From an uncultured virus (IMG/VR IMGVR_UViG_3300020416_000657) (taxonomy: Duplodnaviria > Heunggongvirae > Uroviricota > Caudoviricetes): a DNA stretch of 62,980 bases. The stretch lies in IMG/VR virus record IMGVR_UViG_3300020416_000657, one strand, 5' to 3'. Position numbers and translations under genes: made by a program. Below the pieces are notes generated by a model, which did not search any database, was not told where the DNA came from, and saw only the letters and a list, made by a program, of their open reading frames with translations. Of this stretch, positions 17,525-27,104 are shown in pieces (the stretch's first letter is position 1; the number at the start of each line of letters is the position of its first letter).

Positions 17525-17941
17525 ATGGTGGATGATTTTTTTGACATTGATTTCCCCGACTACAAACCAGTAGAAATAGTTTTAGAAAAAGAGGATGATT
17601 TTTTAAAGGTTAGGGAAACTTTGTCGCGTATTGGGGTGGCATCTAAAAAGGACAGGACATTGTATCAGTCTTGCCATATTCTCCATAAACAAGGTAGGTA
17701 TTTTATAACTCACTTCAAGGAACTTTTTGCTTTAGATGGTAAAGAAGCAGACTTGACTGAGAACGATTTAAAAAGACGAAACGCAATTGCTAAATTGTTA
17801 AGTGATTGGGGTCTAGTTAAGCTTCTTGATGAATCTATTGAAGAAGAAGTGGCTCCTATGAGTCAGATAAAGATTTTGTCCTTCAAAGAGAAGGATGAAT
17901 GGACGCTCGTTACGAAATACAATATCGGGCGAAAACGATAA
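17525..17941 (+). CDS. regA: Translational repressor RegA
   Basis: DDFLKVRETLSRIGVAS, LYQSCHILHKQGRY..HFKELF. Confidence 0.96.
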   Translation: MVDDFFDIDFPDYKPVEIVLEKEDDFLKVRETLSRIGVASKKDRTLYQSCHILHKQGRYFITHFKELFALDGKEADLTENDLKRRNAIAKLLSDWGLVKLLDESIEEEVAPMSQIKILSFKEKDEWTLVTKYNIGRKR

Positions 17942-17964
17942 CCTTGAATAAAAGGAGAACTTTA

Positions 17965-18264
17965 ATGAAAAAAGTGTTGACAGTTGCTGCTGTCATTTTC
18001 GCTATGTTACTACCCATAGAGGGCGTTGCAGGCCCCAATGAAGAATTACATATGGCATGTAAATCTGCAATCAGTACAAATCTTCAAGGTCGGCCAATCC
18101 TAAAGGGTATGGATTTTAATCGTACCAACGCGGTGGCCAAATACAGGGTCAGAGGTTCTATAGGTGCAAAATATGTTACTTGTATTTTGGACAAACCATC
18201 TGGTCGTGTAACTTTAATTGATAGGGAGACAGAATCAGAAATCATGATGATTGCTGGTTTATAA
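17965..18264 (+). CDS. Secreted/periplasmic hypothetical protein
   Basis: RBS AGGAG; signal peptide MKKVLTVAAVIFAMLL. Confidence 0.7.
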   Translation: MKKVLTVAAVIFAMLLPIEGVAGPNEELHMACKSAISTNLQGRPILKGMDFNRTNAVAKYRVRGSIGAKYVTCILDKPSGRVTLIDRETESEIMMIAGL

Positions 18265-18274
18265 TTTTTTTCGC

Positions 18275-18311
18275 TTGACTTTGGAAAAAAAGTCCCCAGA
18301 TCATATAAATA
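18275..18311 (+). promoter_or_regulatory. Overlapping sigma70-type promoter (GATCAT -10) and T4 late promoter for hsp20
   Basis: TTGACT 18275-80, 18 nt, GATCAT 18299-304; TATAAATA 18304-11. Confidence 0.7.
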
Positions 18312-18316
18312 TAGTA

Positions 18317-18372
18317 GTAGATGCTCGGGTGAGGTCTACACTTTTAACTCGCTTAATAAGGAGGAAAACATG
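18317..18372 (+). promoter_or_regulatory. ROSE-like RNA thermometer in hsp20 5' UTR
   Basis: CTCGCTT (18348-54) pairs with SD AAGGAG (18358-63) leaving a bulged G; upstream GTAGA/TCTAC hairpin. Confidence 0.65.
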
Positions 18373-18819
18373 AATACATTAAGCACACAAGCGCATTGGG
18401 ACAATCTTGTCTCTGCATTTCCACACATTCGCAGACAATTCGTAGGGTTCGATAGAGTAATTGATTTACTCAACCAGAACTTTGAGTTGAATGTGAATTC
18501 ATACCCACCTTTCAACATCGAAAAATTAGATGAAGAAAACTACGAGATTCAAATGGCTCTCGCTGGATTTAAAGAATCTGATTTAACAATTGAAGTGAAA
18601 GACGGTACGCTTACTGTTGAGGGGAATCAAGAATCGGAAGAAACATCTGATTTCATTCATCAAGGTATTGCTCAAAGAAAATTCAAAAAGTCATGGAGTC
18701 TCGCTGACACAGTTGTTGTCGAGGGTGCTAAATTGACAGATGGTATTCTTAGAGTTTCTTTGAAGAATGTTATTCCAGAAGAAAAGAAAGCTCAAACAAT
18801 TAAGATTAAGACCAAGTAA
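18370..18819 (+). CDS. hsp20: Small heat shock protein (Hsp20/IbpA family)
   Basis: YPPFNI, ALAGF, HQGIAQRKF, GAKLTDGIL, IPEEKK. Confidence 0.95.
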   Translation: MNTLSTQAHWDNLVSAFPHIRRQFVGFDRVIDLLNQNFELNVNSYPPFNIEKLDEENYEIQMALAGFKESDLTIEVKDGTLTVEGNQESEETSDFIHQGIAQRKFKKSWSLADTVVVEGAKLTDGILRVSLKNVIPEEKKAQTIKIKTK

Positions 18820-18825
18820 ATAACA

Positions 18826-18843
18826 GGGGGGCATGAGCCCCCC
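18826..18843 (+). terminator. GC hairpin after hsp20 (no U-tract; may be a stability element)
   Basis: GGGGGGC-ATGA-GCCCCCC. Confidence 0.5.
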
Positions 18844-18864
18844 ACCTACTCAAGAAGGAGAGAT

Positions 18865-18966
18865 ATGAAAAAGGAAGTATTCCGTAAATCAAATACATAC
18901 GGAATCTATCTTATATCATTGGTTACTTTTGCAACCATGATATATAGCTTAGGTCAACTTATATAA
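18865..18966 (+). CDS. Small membrane peptide (33 aa)
   Basis: RBS AAGGAG; MKKEVFRKSNTYGIYLISLVTFATMIYSLGQLI*. Confidence 0.6.
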   Translation: MKKEVFRKSNTYGIYLISLVTFATMIYSLGQLI

Positions 18967-18982
18967 TTATCAAGAGGAAATA

Positions 18983-19390
18983 ATGGCAAAAAAGAAAAGT
19001 GAAAAAAAGGTTGTAGAAGAAGTCAAATTAGATATTCCACCAGAGGAAATGACACGCGAGGAGTCTGAAGATAGTCCTCAGCAAATATGTGGCATTAAAA
19101 TTTCTGGTGCTGAAGAGATGATTTGTTATCTACAAAAGGATGACCAAGGTAGTAGATATATTATTACCAATCCAGCAAACATCAAATATCTTCCTACAGA
19201 GGGGAAACAAGGACAATTCAAAATTGCATTTGTTCCACAATCTCCTGCTAGTAAAGGTATCCTATTTGTACCATATGGTCAATTGGAATACATTTATGAC
19301 CCCAAGGAAGATTTGATAAAGGAATGGTTGAATAAATTTACTCACACGCAATCTACAGAGATGAAAACAAAACCGAAATTTACAGGATAA
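18983..19390 (+). CDS. Hypothetical protein
   Basis: RBS GAGG; 135-aa ORF. Confidence 0.75.
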   Translation: MAKKKSEKKVVEEVKLDIPPEEMTREESEDSPQQICGIKISGAEEMICYLQKDDQGSRYIITNPANIKYLPTEGKQGQFKIAFVPQSPASKGILFVPYGQLEYIYDPKEDLIKEWLNKFTHTQSTEMKTKPKFTG

Positions 19391-19395
19391 TTTGC

Positions 19396-19424
19396 TTGAC
19401 TTCTGATACACAATCGTGTATACT
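19396..19424 (+). promoter_or_regulatory. Sigma70-type promoter for gp43
   Basis: TTGACT-17-TATACT. Confidence 0.75.
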
Positions 19425-19452
19425 ATCCTCTAAATGAAAAATCGGTTTTATT

Positions 19453-21957
19453 ATGTCTAACTTTTACACTTATGCGTGGCAATATGGAAATTCTATTCTT
19501 ACTCGTGGAGTAAGGAATGGGGAGCGTTTTACTGAAAAACATCCTTTCCAGCCAACCTTGTATGTCAGAAGTAATGAACCTTCTGAATTTACTAACATTG
19601 ATGGTCACTATCTAAAACCAATTCAGTTTGGAGATAATGGCGACTGCAAAGAATTCCTAGACAAATATTCTAAGGTAGATAATTATCCTATCTATGGTCA
19701 AACTGATTTGACCTATCAGTATTTGTCTTCTATGTATCCGCAAGATATTGAGTTTGACCTCAGTAAAATGCGGATTTTCTCAATTGATATTGAGACAACT
19801 GCCGAACATGGTTTCCCAGATACAGAGAATCCTATCGAAGAGGTTCTTCTTATCACACTCGTAGACAATTACACCAAAGAAATATTTACTTGGGGTTCTG
19901 GTGAGTGGAAGCCTGGCGAAGAAACAAAAGACCTCAATGTCAATTACACTTATTGTTCCGATGAGTATGACTTATTGGAAAAATTCATGACATGGTGGGC
20001 ACAAGATTATCCCGATGTAGTTACTGGATGGAACCTAGAACTATTTGATATGCCATATTTGGTTGGTAGAATTGACAGGATGTTTGGTAACAACGCGAAG
20101 AATAATCTCAGTCCATATGGGATGACTAGGAAGAAAGTCATCAAGGGTCACAACAATCGTGAATTGTTGAAGGTTGATATGAAGGGTATCATTCAACTTG
20201 ACTACATGGATTTGTACAAAAAGTTTACTTATACTTTCCAAGAAAGTTATCGACTTGATTACATTGCCGAGGTAGAACTTGGTAAGAAGAAATTGGAAAG
20301 TGGATATGAAACATTCCGCGAGTTCTATGAGAATGATTGGAATCGATTCATTGACTACAACATCATCGATACTGTTCTGGTTGACGAACTTGATGACAAG
20401 ATGAAATTCTTGGAACTGATTATCACAATGGGATATGACTGTAAATGTAATTACAATGATATCTTTTCATCTGTGAGAACTTGGGATTGTTTGTTATTCA
20501 ATCATCTACTTGAAAAGAACATTATGATTCCTCAGAAGAAGGAACACTTCTCTAAGGGATTTGCTGGTGGTTATGTGCAAGACCCGAAGGTGGGTAAGTA
20601 CAAGTGGGTTGTATCAGTTGATGCGACTTCTCTGTATCCATCTATCATCATGCAACACAATCTATCGCCAGAGATGTTGGCAGAGGGACACAGACCTCTG
20701 GACTGTACGGTTGATAGTATTCTGGAAAGGAAACATGTTCTCAAGAGATTGAAGGAAGCAGACTTATCCATGGCAGCCAACGGTTATATGTTTGCTAGAA
20801 ACACGCAAGGATTCATGGCAGAAATTACTCAGAAGTTTTTTGATGACAGACAGAAGTACAAAAAACTGATGAAGAAAGCAGAACAAGATTTTGAGGATAC
20901 CAAGAATCCAGAACTCAAGAAAGATATTGCGAAGTTCAACAACTTCCAGATGGCAAGAAAGATTCAATTGAACTCTCTTTTTGGTGCGATAGGTAACAAG
21001 TGGTTCAGATATTTTGATGAACGCATCGCAGAGGCAATCACACTAACTGGTCAGTTAATCATTCGTGATACTGGTAAGGCAGTTGATGAGTTTCTAAACA
21101 AGTTTCTTGGTACAGAGGATGTTGAGTATTCTTTCTATACTGATACTGATAGTTGTTATGTGACTCTTGATAAGATGGTGGAAGAACATCTACAGGGTAA
21201 ATCTCGTGATGAGATTATCAACATACTTGACAACTTTGTCGAGAACAAACTAGAACCAGCAATCAATGGTAGAATGGTTGAACTTGGTGAGTACATGAAT
21301 GTATTCCAACCCAAGATATTCTTCAAACGCGAGGCGATTGCGGATACTGGTATCTGGGTTGCAAAGAAAAGATACGCATTGAATGTATGGGACAATGAAG
21401 GTGTTCGATACAAAGAACCCAAACTGAAGGTGATGGGTCTGGAGATTGTAAGGTCTTCTACACCAGCACCAGTTCGTTCAAGTCTCAAAAAGGCAGTTGA
21501 GTTATGTTTGAACAAGGATGAAAAAGAATTACAGGATTTTGTTGAGGATACATGGCAGGCATTTTCTAAGATGTCTCCAGAAGAAATTGCCTTCCCACGC
21601 GGATGTAACAACATTGATAAGTATGCCTCAAGAGAAACAGTTTATACTAAAGGAACACCGATGCATGTTCGGGGTGCCTTAGTTTACAATCACTTGATTA
21701 GGACTCAGAAACTAGAGAAGAAGTATCAAACCATTCAAGATGGTGACAAGATTAAATTTCTCTATCTGAAAGAACCTAATCATGTGAGAGAAAATACCGT
21801 GGCGATGAATGGTCTTATGCCGAAAGAGTTTGACTTGCATCGTTACATTGATTATGAAACAATGTTTGAGAAAGCATTTATTGACCCATTGACTACTATA
21901 GTCACCAGTTTGGATTGGAAGACTAGACCAGTAGCAACATTGGAGTCGTTATTTTAG
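19453..21957 (+). CDS. gp43: Family B DNA polymerase
   Basis: DIET exonuclease motif, DATSLYPS, KIQLNSLFG, YTDTDS. Confidence 0.98.
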   Translation: MSNFYTYAWQYGNSILTRGVRNGERFTEKHPFQPTLYVRSNEPSEFTNIDGHYLKPIQFGDNGDCKEFLDKYSKVDNYPIYGQTDLTYQYLSSMYPQDIEFDLSKMRIFSIDIETTAEHGFPDTENPIEEVLLITLVDNYTKEIFTWGSGEWKPGEETKDLNVNYTYCSDEYDLLEKFMTWWAQDYPDVVTGWNLELFDMPYLVGRIDRMFGNNAKNNLSPYGMTRKKVIKGHNNRELLKVDMKGIIQLDYMDLYKKFTYTFQESYRLDYIAEVELGKKKLESGYETFREFYENDWNRFIDYNIIDTVLVDELDDKMKFLELIITMGYDCKCNYNDIFSSVRTWDCLLFNHLLEKNIMIPQKKEHFSKGFAGGYVQDPKVGKYKWVVSVDATSLYPSIIMQHNLSPEMLAEGHRPLDCTVDSILERKHVLKRLKEADLSMAANGYMFARNTQGFMAEITQKFFDDRQKYKKLMKKAEQDFEDTKNPELKKDIAKFNNFQMARKIQLNSLFGAIGNKWFRYFDERIAEAITLTGQLIIRDTGKAVDEFLNKFLGTEDVEYSFYTDTDSCYVTLDKMVEEHLQGKSRDEIINILDNFVENKLEPAINGRMVELGEYMNVFQPKIFFKREAIADTGIWVAKKRYALNVWDNEGVRYKEPKLKVMGLEIVRSSTPAPVRSSLKKAVELCLNKDEKELQDFVEDTWQAFSKMSPEEIAFPRGCNNIDKYASRETVYTKGTPMHVRGALVYNHLIRTQKLEKKYQTIQDGDKIKFLYLKEPNHVRENTVAMNGLMPKEFDLHRYIDYETMFEKAFIDPLTTIVTSLDWKTRPVATLESLF

Positions 21958-21965
21958 GAGTGAAT

Positions 21966-23024
21966 ATGAGTACATTAGATAAATTAAAAAAGAACTCAAC
22001 GATAAAACAAACTGAAGTTTTATCCAAGAGTAAATTTCTGAACAACAAAGATGTGGTTCAGACAACTGTACCCGCCTTGAATGTGGCATTGAGTGGTAAG
22101 TTGGATGGTGGATTGAGTACAGGTCTAACAGTTTTTGCTGGCCCATCCAAACATTTCAAGACTGCTTTTGCCATGTTATTGTCAAAATCTTATTTGGATA
22201 AATATGATGATGGAGTGGTGTTATTTTATGACTCAGAGTTCGGCGCTCCTCAAGGATATTTCGACAGTTTCGGCATAGATACAGATAGGGTTGTTCACAC
22301 GCCTGTCACAGACATAGAACAACTCAAGCACGATGTGATGTCCCAACTCCAAGGTATCGAAAGAGGTGACCGAGTAATTATTATTGTGGACTCAGTAGGT
22401 AACCTTGCCTCGCGTAAAGAAGTTGATGATGCGCTTGATGGTAAATCGGTTGCCGATATGACTCGTGCAAAACAAATGAAATCCCTGTTTCGTATGGTGA
22501 CTCCTCACCTAACAATCAAAGATATTCCAGCGGTGGTTGTAAACCACACTTATAAAGAAATCGGCTTGTTTCCCAAAGATGTAGTGTCTGGGGGAACTGG
22601 TGTATATTATAGTGCTGACAATATCTTTATCATTGGTAGACAACAAGAAAAAGAAGGGAAGGAAGTTGTAGGATACAACTTTATTATTAATGTCGAGAAG
22701 TCAAGATTTGTACGCGAGAAGTCACGGATACCCATCGAGGTCACTTGGGAAGGTGGCATCAGCAAGTGGTCTGGTCTCCTTGATATGGCTCTTGAGTCTG
22801 GTCATGTGGTCAAACCTTCAAATGGATGGTATGCGAAATCTGGTGACGATGATGCAAAGAAGGTCAGAATTAAAGATACATACAACAAAGAATTCTGGAT
22901 TCCAATCCTTAGTGACAAAACTTTCATCAAGTGGATTGAAGACAGATACTTAATGTCTGCTGACAGTATCATGCAGTCAGAAGTTAGTGAAGAGGATATT
23001 AAGGATGCCTACTCCGAAGTGTGA
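21966..23024 (+). CDS. uvsX: RecA-like recombinase
   Basis: GPSKHFKT, YDSEFG, DSVGNLAS, SGGTG. Confidence 0.97.
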   Translation: MSTLDKLKKNSTIKQTEVLSKSKFLNNKDVVQTTVPALNVALSGKLDGGLSTGLTVFAGPSKHFKTAFAMLLSKSYLDKYDDGVVLFYDSEFGAPQGYFDSFGIDTDRVVHTPVTDIEQLKHDVMSQLQGIERGDRVIIIVDSVGNLASRKEVDDALDGKSVADMTRAKQMKSLFRMVTPHLTIKDIPAVVVNHTYKEIGLFPKDVVSGGTGVYYSADNIFIIGRQQEKEGKEVVGYNFIINVEKSRFVREKSRIPIEVTWEGGISKWSGLLDMALESGHVVKPSNGWYAKSGDDDAKKVRIKDTYNKEFWIPILSDKTFIKWIEDRYLMSADSIMQSEVSEEDIKDAYSEV

Positions 23025-23181
23025 TAGGTGTGAAAAGAGCATTGACTTAGAGAACGATGCTTGTATTTGTTTTCGACATGACTCTGGAGAAGCATATCTC
23101 TGTGAGGAGTGTGTCGAAATTGTGAAGGAAGATTTTTATAATGAGATTAGAACAGACAATACTATCGAATCTGATACATAA
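23005..23181 (+). CDS. Small zinc-finger protein
   Basis: CDRC...CEEC; bridges uvsX and gp41. Confidence 0.6.
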   Translation: MPTPKCDRCEKSIDLENDACICFRHDSGEAYLCEECVEIVKEDFYNEIRTDNTIESDT

Positions 23182-24520
23182 CGAAGATTATGTCAGACAA
23201 TCAATTGCACATATAAAAGCATCTTATTTTTTAGATGCAGAGTATCGTGAGGTATTTAAGTGTGTGCGTGATTATGTTACCGCATACAATTCTCCACCAC
23301 AAAAAAGTGCAATCAAAATCGCACTACAAGATAATAGAAAAATTACTGAAGACCTTTATGGTAAGTGTGAAGAACTTATCAATAGTCTCAGTCCGACCAA
23401 TGAAGATGAAAGATGGTTGATTGACCAAACAGAAAAATTCTGTAAGGACAAGGCAGTTTACAATGCTATCATGCAATCTATTCAGATTATCGATGGACAG
23501 GATAAAACCCATTCAGTAGATGCTCTGCCTTCTATATTATCCGATGCTCTTAGTGTTGGGTTTGATAATAACATTGGTCACGATTATGTTGGTGATGCGG
23601 AAGCACGATTTGATTTTTATCACAGACACGAAGAAAAATTACCATTTGATTTAGAATATTTCAACAAGATTACTGAAGGTGGATTGATAAACAAGACACT
23701 TAATATTGCTCTTGCTGGTACAGGTGTGGGTAAATCTCTTTTCATGTGTCATGTGGGTGCTTCTATGATTGCCCAAGGTAAGAATGTTCTGTACATTACA
23801 TTAGAAATGGCAGAGGAAAGAATCGCTGAAAGAATCGATGCAAACATGATGGATGTTTCCATGCAAGATTTGAGAGACCTATCCAAGTCTATGTACACAG
23901 ACCGTATTCAAAAAATTCAAAACAAAGTTGATGGTAGATTAATTGTTAAAGAGTATCCTACTGCAACTGCTCATGCTGGACATTTTAGAGCACTTCTTGA
24001 AGAGTTGAAACTCAAACAAAATTTTTATCCAGACATAATTTTTATCGATTATCTAAATATTTGTGTAAGTCAAAGACTAAGAAACAATGCTGGTGCAAAC
24101 TCATATACCATAGTCAAGGCAATCGCTGAGGAACTAAGGGGACTAGCAGTAGAGTATGACCTACCAATAGTATCCGCAACACAGACCACGCGAGGTGGAT
24201 TCAACAATAGTGATGTGGATTTGACAGATACCTCAGAAAGTTTTGGACTGCCTGCAACCGCTGATTTGATGTTTGCCCTTATCAGTACAGAAGAACTAGA
24301 ACAACAAGGTCATATGATGGTCAAACAATTGAAGAACAGATATAGTGACCCTACAAGAAACAAACGATTTATGATTGGTGTTGATAGGGCGAAGATGAGA
24401 TTATATGATTTAGAAGATGCCCAACAAAATCTGGTAGACTCTGGACAGGAAGATGACCAACCAGTATTTGATAAAGGAAATTTTGGTTCTCGTATGAACT
24501 TGAGTCAGATAAAAGTATAA
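23141..24520 (+). CDS. gp41: Replicative helicase (DnaB-like)
   Basis: AGTGVGKS, TLEMAEE, IDYLNI, SATQTTR, KQLKNRY. Confidence 0.97.
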   Translation: MRLEQTILSNLIHNEDYVRQSIAHIKASYFLDAEYREVFKCVRDYVTAYNSPPQKSAIKIALQDNRKITEDLYGKCEELINSLSPTNEDERWLIDQTEKFCKDKAVYNAIMQSIQIIDGQDKTHSVDALPSILSDALSVGFDNNIGHDYVGDAEARFDFYHRHEEKLPFDLEYFNKITEGGLINKTLNIALAGTGVGKSLFMCHVGASMIAQGKNVLYITLEMAEERIAERIDANMMDVSMQDLRDLSKSMYTDRIQKIQNKVDGRLIVKEYPTATAHAGHFRALLEELKLKQNFYPDIIFIDYLNICVSQRLRNNAGANSYTIVKAIAEELRGLAVEYDLPIVSATQTTRGGFNNSDVDLTDTSESFGLPATADLMFALISTEELEQQGHMMVKQLKNRYSDPTRNKRFMIGVDRAKMRLYDLEDAQQNLVDSGQEDDQPVFDKGNFGSRMNLSQIKV

Positions 24521-24523
24521 ATA
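24516..24523 (+). promoter_or_regulatory. T4-type late promoter
   Basis: TATAAATA 5 nt before ATG 24529. Confidence 0.75.
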
Positions 24524-24528
24524 GTAAT

Positions 24529-24912
24529 ATGATTAGTAAAGTATTATTTGGTGTCATTTTAGCTGGTGGTCTTGTCGGGTACTTGTATTACACAAATACT
24601 CAGGCAGAACTCATCGAGCTTCGTGAATATAATATGGCAATGGAATTACAAGTTGCTACACAAAATGAAACCATTGATAAGATGTCTAAACAATACGAAA
24701 CACAAGCTAAAGCGCTTGGTGAGTTGACTTCAAAGAATGCTGTTATTGAAGCAGAGATGTCAAGATACCTTGATATTTTCCGCAGACATGACCTTAGTAA
24801 ACTTGCAGCTGCTAAACCAGGCCTAATTGAACCAAGGGTGAATAATGCAACAAAAGAAGTATTTGACAGCCTCGAAACTGATTCCAGTTTTGAGTTTGAT
24901 GCTGATAATTAG
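24529..24912 (+). CDS. Putative i-spanin (Rz-like)
   Basis: N-terminal TM, coiled coil, KPGLIEPRVN; overlaps a lipoprotein gene. Confidence 0.7.
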   Translation: MISKVLFGVILAGGLVGYLYYTNTQAELIELREYNMAMELQVATQNETIDKMSKQYETQAKALGELTSKNAVIEAEMSRYLDIFRRHDLSKLAAAKPGLIEPRVNNATKEVFDSLETDSSFEFDADN

Positions 24913-25264
24913 TGGTTGTTCTTTAATACCAAAACAACCGCGTGAGGTAGAAATCAAAACCGTAGAGGTGCGTATACCTATACAGCATCCTGTGTATCCT
25001 AGACCCATCGATATGAAAGAACCTAAGTGGTATGTCGTATCTGATAAAAATTTAGACGAATTTCTTACTAAGATAGAAAAGGAATCTGGAAAGATGGTCT
25101 TTATGGCCATGTCTGTTCCAGACTATGAGCTCATGGCGTATAATCTGCAAGAGATTAAACGATTCGTGAAAGAAACTAAAGAAGTGATTGTGTATTATAG
25201 AACTGTTATGTCAGATGATGAAGAACCATTAGGAGAAGAATCAGATGGCAAAGGAAACGATTGA
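24845..25264 (+). CDS. Putative o-spanin lipoprotein (Rz1-like); true start probably further downstream
   Basis: Lipobox ISGC, Pro-rich segment, overlap with i-spanin 3' end. Confidence 0.7.
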   Translation: MQQKKYLTASKLIPVLSLMLIISGCSLIPKQPREVEIKTVEVRIPIQHPVYPRPIDMKEPKWYVVSDKNLDEFLTKIEKESGKMVFMAMSVPDYELMAYNLQEIKRFVKETKEVIVYYRTVMSDDEEPLGEESDGKGND

Positions 25265-25637
25265 CACAGGAACTAATAAAGTAGATGTTGATTTAGATAG
25301 ATACACCGACTTAATTTTGAAACTTGACGAAGCTCAAGACAAGATTAGGGAAATGGAAAAAATCACAAAAGAGTTGAAGATGACAACCAAAGCCGCTACA
25401 CCAAGTACAAAATTTTCATTTGGTGCTTTGTTTAGGGACGAGAACGATATCAACGAGAAATCCATTATAGGATTTGCATCATTTATCATGATGCTTGCGT
25501 TTGGTATTGTTGACCTAGTAACAGGATTTTGGGGACAAGATATAACTATATCGGATACAATCTACACTTCATTTGTGGTAGTCACATTGGGTGCTTTCGG
25601 GATTGCAGAAGCTGGTAAGGCATTCAGTAAACAATAA
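25245..25637 (+). CDS. Two-TM membrane protein, possible holin
   Basis: Two C-terminal hydrophobic helices; next to spanins. Confidence 0.5.
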   Translation: MAKETIDTGTNKVDVDLDRYTDLILKLDEAQDKIREMEKITKELKMTTKAATPSTKFSFGALFRDENDINEKSIIGFASFIMMLAFGIVDLVTGFWGQDITISDTIYTSFVVVTLGAFGIAEAGKAFSKQ

Positions 25638-25664
25638 CCCCTAGATATAAGGAGAATAAAACTA

Positions 25665-25883
25665 GTGAAAATTGCGGTTGGTCTCGCAACGATTATTTTG
25701 CTAGCGGGATGTGCTAGCGGACAGGGTAAACCACCACCCACATTCAAGAACAATACAGATGATACTCTCATATACTGCGAAACCATAGGTGCCAGCAGTC
25801 ATAAAAAGTGTCAGAGGATGCAAAAAGGGGAGGCTATAAACAGGGTAAACCAGTTTTTAAACTCACCCAGAGCAAGATTATAG
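25665..25883 (+). CDS. Small lipoprotein
   Basis: Lipobox LAGC; RBS AAGGAG. Confidence 0.7.
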   Translation: MKIAVGLATIILLAGCASGQGKPPPTFKNNTDDTLIYCETIGASSHKKCQRMQKGEAINRVNQFLNSPRARL

Positions 25884-25884
25884 G

Positions 25885-25969
25885 TAAGTTGTTGATTTAG
25901 AAGGATATTTAATTTCACTTTTTTTCGCTTTGGCCCTTGACATTTGGGTCAAAATATGGGATCATGATC
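25885..25969 (+). promoter_or_regulatory. IHF-consensus site (reverse) plus promoter with GATCAT -10
   Basis: TAAGTTGTTGATT 25885-97; TTGACA 25937-42, 17 nt, GATCAT 25960-65, second GATC at 25966. Confidence 0.8.
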
Positions 25970-25996
25970 GTATAAATGAGAGAAGTGAGAGAAAAT

Positions 25997-26359
25997 ATGC
26001 AAAAAGAAATCGAAAACCTACTAACCTTAATCAACGAAGACTACGCGAGGTGGTCTACTCGTTCTTTTGAAGTCAATGATTTTGGCGGAGAAGAGAGGCG
26101 AGATGCTCGCATTGCTGAGTTCGCTGATAAACTGGTTGTCAAAGAAGGTCAGAAATACATCAAGATTATTTCAGACAATTCAGTTTGGGGATTCATTGTC
26201 AAGGGTGACAATGATAAATTATTTCAAAAGGGTGATGTTTTAAAACCCGCTGGTTGGGCTGCCCCCGCTAGGAACAAACCTAGAGGCAATGTGTTTGCCA
26301 TGATGGAAGGCAAAGGAACTGGTTGGGTAAGATGGACTGGCCCTCAGTACTTACGGTAG
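25997..26359 (+). CDS. Hypothetical early protein
   Basis: KYIKI..SVWGF..KGDVLKPAGWAAPARNKPRGN; first gene after the promoter. Confidence 0.8.
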   Translation: MQKEIENLLTLINEDYARWSTRSFEVNDFGGEERRDARIAEFADKLVVKEGQKYIKIISDNSVWGFIVKGDNDKLFQKGDVLKPAGWAAPARNKPRGNVFAMMEGKGTGWVRWTGPQYLR

Positions 26360-26363
26360 GAGA

Positions 26364-26771
26364 ATGAGAATGATTGGTGATATAATTGCTGAAAAAGGTT
26401 TCCTTAAAACCCAGATAAATAAATGGGAAGAGATTGTAGATAATATTGATTCTGCTGTTCGCAAGGTGAATGAAGAAACAAAAGTTATCAAGTACAATGA
26501 TGTTCCTAGTAACATTTATCTTACTGTTGAAGGGATTGCCGATGACTTGGGACTGAAGTTGAGTCTTGAAAAAAGTCAAGAACTGAAAAAAGACCTTGAA
26601 TGGAAAATCAACGAAGTTCGTGAGGCAGTTAACAATCTGGAATCTGCCATGTACAATTTGGTAGAACCATTTGAAGACATGAAAAGGGATGCTGAAAATA
26701 AGAAAGATGATTTTGAGTATGAACTTGATGACTTGGAGTGGGAAGAGGAAAAACTTAAAAACGCTTCATAG
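26364..26771 (+). CDS. Hypothetical coiled-coil protein
   Basis: RBS AGGAG; 135-aa ORF. Confidence 0.75.
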   Translation: MRMIGDIIAEKGFLKTQINKWEEIVDNIDSAVRKVNEETKVIKYNDVPSNIYLTVEGIADDLGLKLSLEKSQELKKDLEWKINEVREAVNNLESAMYNLVEPFEDMKRDAENKKDDFEYELDDLEWEEEKLKNAS

Positions 26772-26876
26772 TTTTAAGGCGAATACAGGATGCCTGCTAA
26801 AGTCTGTATAGGTTGATGACCGAACATCCGCGAGGGGAATGAAAACGCCCCTCAACTTTTTTATATACAGGATGAA
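26772..26876 (+). ncRNA. Candidate cis-regulatory structured RNA with terminator-like hairpin
   Basis: ATACAG/CTGTAT stem, GAGGGG/CCCCTC hairpin plus T-run, direct repeat ATACAGGATG at 26783 and 26865. Confidence 0.5.
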
Positions 26877-26879
26877 TTT

Positions 26880-27104
26880 ATGAGTGATACAATACTGAAA
26901 GAAATTTCAGAAGAGATAAGTAGTTGGTCGGATGATAAAGAACCTATGGCTCAAAACATATTGGATGCCTATAAGTTCATATATAGATTGTTAGACCCAG
27001 AAGGATTTGGCTTCGCGGTCACAGCAGAAGTAAGGGACTGTGCAAGAGAAGTTCTTGGTATGCCCAAAGTAGAACAACAATTATATATGCCCAAAGATGA
27101 GTGA
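26880..27104 (+). CDS. Hypothetical protein
   Basis: 74-aa ORF with AGGA RBS. Confidence 0.7.
   Translation: MSDTILKEISEEISSWSDDKEPMAQNILDAYKFIYRLLDPEGFGFAVTAEVRDCAREVLGMPKVEQQLYMPKDE

Noticed and set aside
26772..26860. Hammerhead or twister ribozyme call
   Set aside because: TTGATGA...GAAA lacks the CUGAnGA core with proper stems, and twister loop residues do not match; kept only as an unassigned RNA
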